The notes under the pieces: generated by a model
Database searches by the model: none
Told to the model about the DNA's origin: nothing
The model's input: only the letters and a program-made list of their open reading frames with translations
From: Octopus vulgaris
Taxonomy: Eukaryota
DNA: 64,000 nucleotides
Direction of reading: 5' to 3'
NCBI GenBank assembly: GCA_951406725.2
Contig: OX597815.1
Coordinates: 145,514,001-145,578,000, forward strand
Part shown: positions 13,466-25,002 of the stretch, in pieces
Layout of the letters: every line of letters starts with the position of its first letter
Position numbering within the stretch: position 1 is the stretch's first letter
Made by a program: the position numbers and the translations under genes

Positions 13466-13522
<57 letters not shown>

Positions 13523-13584
13523 TTTGTATATATATATATACTTCGTTTTTTTTTGTATTTTTATATATATGTATGGGGCAGATG

Positions 13585-15198
13585 GGCCTCCTGAGCCATG
13601 GCGAGGGCAACGCGTCTAGGAAAAGGAAAGGTACAATATAAGCCAGGTTTGTGGTTGCTGACGGTCCCCTTACTTGATGTGCACTATCAACATGTACTTA
13701 CTGATAGGGCAGTCCGGGCTCTGTAGCTTTTGAGCAACTGGACTAGGAGAAGGCCCTCTGATTTCAAATCTGCGATCGATTCATCATCTGACACGTGGCA
13801 CAGAGTGCACCTGTACAGGTAAATACGTTTTTGATGGAGAGAGTGTGTATTGTGCTGTAAAGTAATAACCACTATAAACAAACCATGCGCAGGTAGATAA
13901 GTAAATACCGCCATCATGTTTTGATGGTGAGAGTGTACACGCCCCACGGAGAAAAAAGAAGAAAAATAAAGAAAAGGAAAATCCTGTGAAGGGGAAAGTA
14001 TAGCAAATGTAGCAGGTGAAGGATGTCACAGGAAGTTCTTAGCTTCAGCTTTGCACATCTGCAGGTAATTGTGTAATTCGTGCTCTCCTTACACAACAAA
14101 GCAGCCCCGTTTAGGATATCACTACTTTCCTCCTATGGAAGAGGGGTCAAGAAAATTCGTTCCAAAAATTGCTTACTTGCATTGCTTCTCGTCATTAGGT
14201 GCAAATAACTGGGCAGCGAAATCTGCACAAGAAAATTAAGGAAATTGAAGACAGAAAGCCATCTTAGAATGCAAGAACTCTTCAGGACAAGTAAGAAAAA
14301 TATAGAACGTAGGACCGCTTTGGTTGCTCGTGTTTTGAAGGAAAAATACATCGGAATAGCAGCTCTTTCAGAAACCAGATTAGCAGACTGTGGTCAGCTA
14401 CAGGAGGTTAATAGTGGATACACATTTTTCTGGATGGGTAAGCCTCGGAAAGTAGAGAAAGAGGCAGGTATTAGGTTTGCTATTCGGAATGACCTGGTGA
14501 AACAACTTGAATCTATGCCTGTTGGAATTAATGAAGGTCTCACTTATTTGCGCACGTGCATTGGCAAAACTAAATATGCAACTATTTTCAACTGCTATTT
14601 TCAGGCGTAGAAGTGGCTATGTGGTAAGTAGCTTGCTTAACAACCACATGGTTCCAGGTTCAGTCCCATTGTGTGGCACCTTGGGCAAGTGTCTTCTACT
14701 ATAGCCTCGGGCCAGACCAAAGCCTTGCGAGTGGATTTGGTAGACGGAAACTGAAAGAAGCCCGTCGTATATATGTATATATATATGCGTGTGTGTGTTT
14801 GTGTATCTGTGTTTGTCCCCCCCCCAACATCGCTTGACAACCGTAACTTAGCGGTTCGGCAAAAGAGTCCGATAGAATAAGTACTAGGTTTACAAAGAAT
14901 AAGTTCTGGACTCGATTTGCTCGAATAAAGGTGGTGCTCCAGCATGACCGCAGTCAAATGACTGAAACAAGTAAAAGAGTAAAAGAGTGCTATGTTCCAA
15001 CCATGAACTCAAATGAAGTAGTTAGAGAGCAGTTCTGCACTGGGCTACATAGCCAGTTGAGAGGTGTCTCCATCCATGATAATCAAAGTGATTTCAATCC
15101 ATGTATAGGCTGTGATAAATCCATATGGGGTGACGTAATAAGGAAGCATGGGGTTGGAAAAAGCAAACTCAAACGGCCATCTGCTGCTATCATTTTGC
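13585..15198 (+). mobile_element. RTE-clade LINE 5' part (5' UTR + APE endonuclease), interrupted by a SINE
   Basis: ERRTALVAR..IGIAALSETRL..G.L.E...GYTFFW.G, continuing after the SINE as CYVPTM...DFN..IG...HG.GK.NSNG.LLL.FC: RTE-type AP endonuclease. Confidence 0.8.
14603..14987 (+). mobile_element. tRNA-derived CORE-type SINE (resembles octopus OR1/OR2-like families)
   Basis: A-box-like GTGGCTATGTGGTAAG, B-box-like GGTTCAGTCCC, CORE-like CCTTGGGCAAGTG, internal (TA)(TG) tract, GTAAAAGA tail; flanked by TGCTAT direct repeats. Confidence 0.85.
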
Positions 15199-15623
15199 AT
15201 ACATGCATTTTTATGTAAGCGTGTATACACATTTATGTATAAATATGCGCGCATCTATGTACATACAAGTATGTTTGTATATATGTACGTGTGCACATGT
15301 GTTTATATGTGTATATGCATATATGATGATATCTAGGTGTACTCACATGTATATATTTGGTTGTGTGTCGGCCATGTAACGACATACGTACTTTTTTCGG
15401 ACTATCCGCTCCTTCCTTCTTTTCCTCTTCTCTGTGCCTTTTTCTCTTTCCGATGAAGAGCTCTGCTCGAAACATCACTCCGATTTTTCCATGTAAAACT
15501 TTAACTGAGCGTCATTCCAATATATTCTCTCTCTACGTCCTATTGATTTATGCTTTTTATCTACTTTTTATTTTTGATTTGCCTATATATGTGTGAGTGT
15601 GGGGTAGTGTATATATATATAAT

Positions 15624-15695
<72 letters not shown>

Positions 15696-16244
15696 AAGGT
15701 GTAGGAAGAAAGTTAGCTTCAAGCAGTCCGTATTGAATATAAAATAAACAACGTTCAGGGAAATAGTGGTTTACTGATACAGAAAATTATTTTTCTTCTT
15801 TTAATACTTCTTTCCCTCTACATTTATATTCTGCTTTCTACACCTTCTGATTGAATCTTCCATGCGTTAAAATGTACCTCCTTGCAACAATGTAAACTTT
15901 CATTTAATCAAGATGTCTTTGGCCTGAAGTAGCCTACGGTATATACCTCGTCAAGATATTTGCCACTTCCGAAGTTCTGCTCGTTATGAAACATATATAG
16001 CCTGGATCATATCTACTCCATTCCGCAACTCTTGTATATATATATATATATCACCATAATAGATCGTAAGCCACTACACACATTTTTTCTCTCCTTGTTT
16101 CTCTCCTTGTGTTTTGTGTCACTTTCTGTAGAAGAGCGTAGGCTCGAAACTTAAAAGACTTTTTCTATTCCTGAGCGTTATACTAATACATCTGTTTGTT
16201 TTGTACACCACCTGTCTTCGTCTTTTGTTTTTTTCGTAAATTCT

Positions 16245-16312
<68 letters not shown>

Positions 16313-16571
16313 TACAGTTGAAAAGGTCTCAATGGCCAAAAACGGGACTGAAACGTTTTTTATAAAATTATTTTAGCATTTCCTACCTTGACTTTTTTCC
16401 ATATATATATATATATATATATATATACCGTATTTTATATAAGGAACCCTATTTTTGGTAAAAAAAATTAGGCTAAAGAATATGGGAATTCCTTATACAT
16501 TGATAGTATTATAATCTCTTACAAAACCTTTTAATTTTAAGCCCTCAAATTAGAGGGTTCCATATAAACAT

Positions 16572-16848
16572 TGAAATACAAGTAAAAGAATGAATGAATA
16601 AAGAGCAGAATTAGGGTTTAAGATTTACACCAGCTGTTTCGGTATAATTTTATTCATGTATTCATAGATTACAGAAGCAATGTCAGAAATCAGGATCTTG
16701 AATTATCCAGTAAAATCTTTTTTGCTAGTTTATTTTGTCTCTCTGCCTTCTCTCATGGCTGCGATATGAACATTTAAGGTGGTTTTAAGGTCAGGGTTTT
16801 GACTGCTATTTCAGTATGGTGGTATCTTCAGATACCCTATATATATAG

Positions 16849-16926
<78 letters not shown>

Positions 16927-17201
16927 CTATATATTAGGGTATCTGAGAGATACCACCATACTGAAATAGCAGTCAAAACCCTGACCTTAAAACCACCTTA
17001 AATGTTCATATCGCGCCATGAGAGAAGGCAGAGAGACAAAATAAACTAGCAAAAAAGATTTTACTGGATAATTCAAGATCCTGGATTTCTGACATTGCTT
17101 CTGTAATCTATGAATACATGAATACAATTATACCGAAACAGCTGGTGTAAATCTTAAACCCTAATTCTGCTCTTTATTCATTCATTCTTCTACTTGTTTC
17201 A
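16572..17201. repeat. About 630 bp near-perfect palindrome (two ~280 bp inverted arms around (TA)n)
   Basis: 16572-16855 is the reverse complement of about 16920-17201 with only a few substitutions/indels. Confidence 0.95.
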
Positions 17202-17206
17202 GTCAT

Positions 17207-17680
17207 TTGACTGCGGCCTTTCGAAAAATTGCCGAAAATCTTCAAATTCCTCTTGCCACTGTTAATAGAATTATAGTGAAATATGAAAGCCAAGGAAATG
17301 TATCAACAGATTCTCGTCCGGGTCCACCTGGGCCCTCGGATAGGAAGCTTCGCTGTTTGAAAAGAAATGTGGAAAACGAACACCGTTCGAAGGCTTCTGA
17401 CATTGCTAAACAGCTAGACGTTAGTCCAAGAACGTGTGTTACATATCTGCATAAGCTTGGGTATTATGGATGAGCAGCGAGAAGAAAACCTCTCCTTCTA
17501 CCAATTAATATCATGAAAAGAAAGAAATGGGCTAAGGAGGTGTCAGAAATCCAGTTCATTTTGGGATAGTGTCATTTTCTCAGATGAATCCAGATTTGCC
17601 TTATTTTTAGACAGTAGACGTGTTTGTGTCTGGAGGCAATTTGATTTGAAATAACTCCAACCAATTCTGAAACATAGTGG
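17207..17680 (+). mobile_element. Tc1-family transposase remnant
   Basis: RKIAENLQIPLATVNRIIVKY...IAKQLDVSPRT..YLHKLGY..ARRKPLL (paired HTH region), then frameshifted FWDSVIFSDESRF (first D of DDE). Confidence 0.85.
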
Positions 17681-17721
17681 TTTCTGAAACACTACTACTA
17701 CTACTACTACTACTACTACAC

Positions 17722-18411
17722 TCCCCTTCCCCCTCTTCCTCCTCTTCATCTTCCTCCTCTTCATCTTCCTCCTCTTCATCTTCCTCCTCTTCATCTTCCT
17801 CCTCCCCTTCTTCCTTCTCCCCCTCTTCCCCTCTTCATCTTCCTCCTCCCCCTATTCCTCCTCTTCATCTTCCTCCCCCTTCCTTCACCTTCATCTTCCT
17901 CCTTCCCCTCTTCCCCTTCCTCCTCTCCTCCCCCTCTTTCTCCTCTTCATCTTCCTCCTCCCCCTCTTCATCTTCCTCCTCCCCCTCTTCACCTTCCCCC
18001 TCCCCCTCTTCTCCTTCCTCCTCCCCCTCTTCCCCTTCCTCCTCCCCTTCCTCCTCTTCCTCTTCCTCCTTCCTCCTCCCCTTCCTCCCATTCCTCCTCT
18101 CCTCCTCCCCCTCTTCCTCCTCTTTCCCTTCCTCCTCCCCCTCTTCCTCCTCTTTCCTTCCTTCCTCTCCCCCTCTTCCTCCTCTTCCCCTTCCTCCTCC
18201 CCCTCTACCTCCTCTTCATCTTCCTCCTCCACCTCCTCCCCATCTTCCCCTTCCTCCTCTCCTCCTCCCCCTCTTCCTCTCTTCCCCTTCTTCCTCTCCT
18301 CCTCCTCCTTCTCCTCCTATTCATCTTCCTCCCATCCCCCTTCCTTCACCTCCTTATCCTCCTCCTCCTCCTCCTCCTCCTCCCCTTCCCCCTTCCTCCT
18401 CTTCCTCCCCT
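17722..18411 (+). repeat. Polypyrimidine (CCT/CTT/CCCCT) low-complexity tract
   Basis: About 690 bp almost exclusively C/T on the + strand. Confidence 0.95.
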
Positions 18412-18434
18412 GGAACTTCACTGTTCTGTTTAAA

Positions 18435-18926
18435 CTGATGGATGTGAATAGGGCAGACATTATATTGAAGGACATCAGGCAAAAATCATACCTCCTCATC
18501 GACATGACTGTCCCAATCAATTTTATTGTATCTGTCAAGGCCTACCAAAAACTGAGCAAGTATAAAGATCTTGAAATAGAAATTGGCAAAATGTGGAACC
18601 TCATGACTAAAACAATACCTGTTGTCATAGGTACCCGAGCAAAAGGATAACAAAAGGAGCTGATTACTACCTACCTCAGATACCAGGAAATCTAAAAGTG
18701 GCAAAAATTAATAAAATAGTGCTCATGGGAATTGCACATATCCTACGTAAATACTGTCTATGTAATCTTAAATTCTGAAACAAACTCATAATTTTCTGTT
18801 TTCTGAAACATTCTCTAGAACAATGCTTTGTGCAAAACAAAATATATGGCACCCAAGGCATAACACCAAACTGAACTTCTAACTTGTCTTTTGAGATGTC
18901 TGGGTGAGACATGGGGCAAAAGTCAA

Positions 18927-18930
<4 letters not shown>
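18435..18930 (+). mobile_element. R4/Dong-clade LINE 3' fragment (restriction-like endonuclease) with (TAA)n tail, family A
   Basis: NRADIILKD...LLIDMTVP...KAYQKLSKYKDLEIEI..MW...IPVVIG (PD-(D/E)xK RLE motif); 3' UTR runs into (TAA)n. Confidence 0.85.
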
Positions 18931-18988
<58 letters not shown>

Positions 18989-18996
18989 TGATGATG

Positions 18997-19060
<64 letters not shown>

Positions 19061-19101
19061 CAGCAACAACAACAACAACAACAATAATATTAATAATAAT
19101 G

Positions 19102-19160
<59 letters not shown>

Positions 19161-19161
<1 letters not shown>

Positions 19162-19731
19162 CCCTGATGCAGTACCATGCCCTGATGCAGTACCAGGCAG
19201 TGGCTCTCATGGTTTCTGATCGTAACTGATTGGAAGTGTTATCGTGTACGTTGTTTTGTCTTGGTATAAAAGATGGGTTACAGCAAATATTCTGTTCTAT
19301 ACCACAGATTTGCTTGTCAGTTGTTTGACCTTAATCAGTTGAGCATGTCCCTTAGTGGCTGATGATATGTGCATTTCTGATCACGAGCAGAAGTAGTGGG
19401 GGAACATCAGAGCCATGTGTCGTGAGGGATTCTTTGGAGTTTGAATAAATCCCCTTTGGAAACATGGGTGTTTCGTTCAACATCCTTGAACCACCCTTAT
19501 TCAGGGACCTTTTGAGCGGGATCGGTTACTCGACCAGAAAAATTCTAATTGGGCCCCACCTGCAAGGTCATGTGCTGTTTATCTTGATATGAGATGACCG
19601 TGTCGCGCACATATGGTTGTGATGTATGTGCCTAGTGTACCCTTGTCAGACGGGTGGTCATGATGGGAATACTGGGCTTCGTATATTTTACCCCAGTGTC
19701 ACTTTGATGGCATGCACTGCTCTCTCACTCA
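19161..19731 (+). mobile_element. About 570 bp non-coding interspersed repeat embedded in (TAA)n, copy 1
   Basis: Homologous copies at 31821-32360 (-), 41467-41983, 59437-59930 and 59937-60424; shared end CTCTCACTC followed by (AAT)n. Confidence 0.85.
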
Positions 19732-19775
19732 ATAATAATAATAATGATGATAATAATAATAATAATAATATTAAT

Positions 19776-19858
<83 letters not shown>

Positions 19859-21056
19859 TAATGATAAAAATAATAATGATAATAATAATTGTTTCAGATT
19901 TTGGCCGAAATTCAGTTGAAAGGAGGGTATTAGTCTTTACCATCGACATCTGTACTTGATTGGTACTTTCTTTCAACTTCTTCGGTACTTTCTTTCATCT
20001 TCATCGACTTCGGAAAGCAACTGTGACCTCTTTTGGACGTTAAGTATCAAGATAAATTTCATTATTCCAACTCTTTAACAACTCCACAAGCTCGCCATTT
20101 TTGCGCGCATGTGTGTGTGTGAAAATATCTTTCTCTGTCTCTCATTCTCTTTGTCTCTCACTCTCTTTGTCTGACTGTCTCTCTCTCTCTGTTTGTCTCT
20201 CTCTTCTCCCCCTTTCTCTCTGCCTTTTACAGTCAATTAAGGATTTTCACGAAAATCTTACTTAAATCACAAGTTTTTAAAGATCATTAAAATTTGTGCT
20301 GCTTCTTTTAACGAATCAAAAATATTTGACCAAAGGAATGACAGATAATTTTATGTTGATCGAAACACTTGTATTATTCCACGGGGCTGCAATTAAATCG
20401 AAGACAATAGAACCTCCACCATCACCACCACCACCACCACCACCACCACCACCACCACCAGCACCACCACCAACAACAACAATAACAACAGAACAACAGC
20501 AATAAATACAATTACAAAAGACAATGAAAACAAAACCAAAATAAGTCTACAACCTCAATTGCATTAAACATTCTTAAACGTAATGGTTATTTTCTCTCTC
20601 TTTTCTCTCAGTTATAAAAATGAACTCAAACGTGATTCTTTTAGAAAACACCAATTTTATGAACATGAAAGAAATGTTTTTTTTTTGCCGTATGTTCAAA
20701 ATGAAATTGCATTATAATTTTATTCAAATTTTTCTTTTGTTTTTGTTTTGTGTCCATTTTTTTCTCCCCACCCATTTATTTTCTTGTTTTCAAAATTGTA
20801 TTTTATGTAGTTTGTGTTTATCTTTTTGACTTTTGTTGTTTTTTCATCCATATTTCATTGTCATTTATAATTCTCGCTCATAATTATCTCCCTTGTCTTT
20901 ATTATTATTGTTATTATTTATCATTATGTTTTTCTGCTTTCTGTTTTATATTTCGAAGCCGAACTTCTTTCGAATTATTAAAAAAAAAAAAACAACAGAA
21001 AAGAAAGGAACAGAAATAATATCCAGAAAAAAAAATAAAGAAGAACAATGACGTAA

Positions 21057-21119
<63 letters not shown>

Positions 21120-21511
21120 GGGTCGTCATTCCATCTAAACGTATTAAAAGAATGTTTTCTTTTTTTTTCCTCCAGTCCAGAATCAGTTGTATTATATTTT
21201 TTTAAGAGTCTTCCAATCATTTCATAGCAAGAATGTTCTCTCTCTTTACCACGATTAAAAAAAAAAGACAATAAAATCCGTGAACAAAGGAGCAAAACGT
21301 TTCCTTTTTTTTCTTTTCCGAAGCAGTTAGAAGTCCATACGTTTCATATCTCTTTAAGAACACAAGTGAATCATTGCCTCAATATTACAGTAACTGCAGA
21401 ATGTGAAGGGAACATTGATGTCAACAAATTTCCTCTTCAAATATATACACAGTACAAGTTTTGCTACAATCTTTACACATTTTTTTTTTAGAAATATCTA
21501 CCAGCTTAATA

Positions 21512-21848
21512 CTGTTCTATATTTAAGAGATCAGGAATTATGTACATTAAATACATTATTTACGTTTGACAGATATTTGTCCTCATCTTGTTTGTTCTTA
21601 ACTCAACGTTTCGGCTTATATACCCGCCAGCCTTTATCAAGTGTCTAGAGGGAAATTTCGAACATGGGTTCTCATTCCTAAGGTATTTTTCGATGTTGTT
21701 GTTGTTGTTGTTGTTCTTGTTGTTGTTCTTCTTCTTGTTCTTCTTGTTCTTCTTGTTCTTCTTGTTCTTCTTGTTCTTCTTCTTGTTCTTCTTGTTCTTC
21801 TTGTTCTTGTTCTTGTTCTTCTTGTTCTTGTTCTTCTTCTTCTTCTTC

Positions 21849-21898
<50 letters not shown>

Positions 21899-22310
21899 CT
21901 TCTTCTTCTTCTTCTTCTTCTCCTCCTCCTCCTCCTTCTCCTCCTCCTCCTCCTCCTCCTCCTCTTTCTTCATTATTTTTTCTTCTTTCTTAAAATTTTC
22001 TTCCATTTCTTGCTGAGTGTTTTCCGTACACCTGGGGCAGAGAAGCTCATTGTATGCATTCCCAGATTACACACGCAAATTCACAGGTAAAATATGTATT
22101 TTAAAAAATTAATAAAGAAATAAATTCATGAATGGATGTTGTTTTCACAGCGATAATGCTCTTCTCACATTATCATTCTTCTTCATCTTCTTATTCAGGT
22201 CACTACCTAGAATCGAACTCGGAATCTTGGGGTCAGTAGCCCGCGCTATTAACCACTACTGTATTTGCCCGTGGATGAGGACAAATATCCATCAAATGTA
22301 AATAATGTAT
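21512..22310 (-). mobile_element. Composite element: tRNA-like head + microsatellite + hammerhead-bearing tail
   Basis: Minus strand 22195-22272 reads GTAGTGGTTAATAGCGCGGGCTACTGACCCCAAGATTCCGAGTTCGATTC (A/B-box-like); 21512-21695 is the same HHR arm as at 26821-27013. Confidence 0.65.
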
Positions 22311-22653
22311 CTCCCATCTTTCTTACAAAAATTCGTCAGAACAGAAGGAATTAATCAAAGTATTGCTACTAAAATGTTGGAATAAATAACAGATATTTGT
22401 AACACAAACATAAAATATTAATATTTAAAGAGGGAATCGTGCAGTTGATTAATTTGGTTATATTATTAGACATTGCAGTTAAAGTATTTTATGAATACCA
22501 GAAGGATGGAATGTAAAGTCAACCTCGGCAATATTCAAATGATTCTGCTTATGCAACATAACAACAACAGCAGCAATAATAATTAGAAAGTTACTATTTT
22601 TAAATCTCACAACGAGAGACATTCAGCAACAGTACATTGTAGTGAAGATCATT

Positions 22654-22842
22654 GGCAGTACTGGTTTAGGACGAATGTTGCTGTGATTTAGCCCCAGGAG
22701 ACATCGTCTCCAGCAGGCTATACGACACGATCTGTGTCCTTGTATTTTCGAACAAAGGACACAGATCGTGTCGTATAGCCAGCTGGAGACGATATTTCTT
22801 GGGGTTAAATTGCAGCAACATTCGTCCTAAACCTGGATTGCC
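22654..22842. repeat. About 190 bp fold-back hairpin (MITE-like)
   Basis: GGTTTAGGACGAATGTTGCTG...TGTGTCCTT / AAGGACACA...CAGCAACATTCGTCCTAAACC inverted arms of about 88 bp with a ~13 nt loop. Confidence 0.9.
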
Positions 22843-22889
22843 ATGTTATGTTGGCAAACAATCTTTACATCAATAATATAATTGTTTCA

Positions 22890-23513
22890 AATCTGGACCC
22901 AAGGCCTGCAATTGTTGAGGCAAGGGATTAACTGATTACATTGACACAAGTACTTGATTTGTACTTAAATTTTTGGATCCCGGATGAACGAAGGGCAAAT
23001 GTGATCTTGCTGGCATTTGAACTCAGAGTGTAAAAATTCAGAAGAAATACCACCAAGCCTTTTGTCCGATGCGCTAACGATTCTGGTAGTTATCCTGTTG
23101 TAACAACAAGAAGAATATCAATAATGATTTCAAATTTTTGATGCAAGGACTGCAGTTTGGAAGCAGGGAGTAAGTCAATCTCTGTGTTCAAGTGGCACTA
23201 ATTTTATCGAACCCGAAAGGATGAAAGAAAAAGTGTACCTCGGCTGAATTTGAACTCAGAACGTAAAGACGGATGAAATACCTATTTCTATTTTTTTACT
23301 ACTCACAAGGGGCTAAACACAGAGGGGACAAACAAGGACAGACAGACGGATTAAGTCGATTATATCGACCCCAGTGCGTAACTAGTACTTATTTAATCGT
23401 CCCCGAAAGGATGAAAGGCAAAGTCGACCTCGGAGGAATTTGAACTCAGAACGTAACAGCAGACGAAATACCGCTAAGCATTTTACCCGGCATGCCAACG
23501 ATTCTACCAGCTC
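22890..23513 (-). mobile_element. Cluster of tRNA-derived SINEs with a Deu/Nin-like central domain
   Basis: Reverse complement of GAGTTCAAATTCC..GAGGTCGACTTTGCCTTTCATCCTTTCGGGG..GAT; best copy 23281-23513. Confidence 0.8.
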
Positions 23514-23732
23514 GTGGAAGTAGCGAATGCATACATAGCCTCAGAGGTGTACTGCTGCCCGACCATCGTACCTTGTTCTAAGAAACTTCGGACCAGATTG
23601 GAGCACTTACTTTTCCATTTCTTAAAGGAGGATAAAGTTCCGCTGATCAAGAAATCCATCTACTGTCAACACCCACTGCGTGGTGGTCTCAAGATGCCGT
23701 CCCTGATGAAGCATCGGTACACAGTGAGGCTG
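23514..23732 (+). mobile_element. Internal Tx1/L1-clade ORF2 fragment
   Basis: VANAYIASEVYCCPTIVPC...FHFL...CQHPLRGGL is homologous to 7891-8076. Confidence 0.75.
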
Positions 23733-23734
23733 AA

Positions 23735-24215
23735 TTTGGCAAATGTGGAACCTGAAGACTAGAATCATGCCTGTTGTCATAGGTGCTCTAGGAATGATAG
23801 CTAAAGGGGCTGATTACTATCTTTCTCAGATACCAGGAAATCCAAAAATGGCAGAAATTAAAAAAAAACATTGATCATGGGAACTGCTCATATCATACGA
23901 AAAATATTGTCGATGTAATCTCAAAAACATTATAATCTGTAAACATTGTCAAAAGTACTTTTAAATGTACATAATAGCAAATACCTTTTACTGTCATCTT
24001 AAGATCACACTATCATCTTATCACCAAATTACTTTTAAAAAGAACTTCTAATTTTCTTATCTTTTGACAGACACTCTCGAGAATAATAATACTGTCAAAA
24101 ACCACAGATATGGTACGCTAGTCATAATACTGACTTGGACTTCTAATTTGCTGTGTCCTGAGGTCTCTGGTTGAGACTTGGATTCAATTTGTACAGATAC
24201 AAAGCAAGAGCCAAA
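23735..24215 (+). mobile_element. R4/Dong-like LINE 3' end (family A) with (TAA)n tail
   Basis: MWNLKTRIMPVVIGALGMIAKGADYYLSQIPGNPKMAEI; the 3' UTR matches that of 18435-18930. Confidence 0.8.
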
Positions 24216-24514
24216 TAATAATAATAATAATAATAATAATGATAATAATAATAATAATAATAATAAGATATCGAAATATCATTCACTAGATAACAATGGC
24301 ACGCTTCTTTTAATTTTGACACTATATTTTCAGGAGGAGTTACCTCAATCCTTTCTATATTAACCAAAATGAAATAGATTGATAAATTTATTTTTTGAAC
24401 CAGTTGAAGACACACAAGATGTCAAAATATCGTTCACTAGATAACAATGGCACTCTTCTTTTAATAATAATAATAATAATAATAATAATGATAATAATAA
24501 TAATAATAATAATG

Positions 24515-24925
<411 letters not shown>

Positions 24926-25002
24926 ATTATCATTATTTGTTTTTGTTTTTGTTTGTTTTTCCAGTTTCGGCTCTTGAGCTGTGGCCATGCTGGGGCACCG
25001 CC

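Noticed and set aside
16425-16580. Possible TACCGTA-ended MITE
   Set aside because: The right terminus is missing or overlapped by the palindrome, so the ends cannot be defined.
17677-18438. 253 aa Ser/Pro-rich ORF
   Set aside because: Product of the polypyrimidine tract; no splice or compositional evidence of coding.
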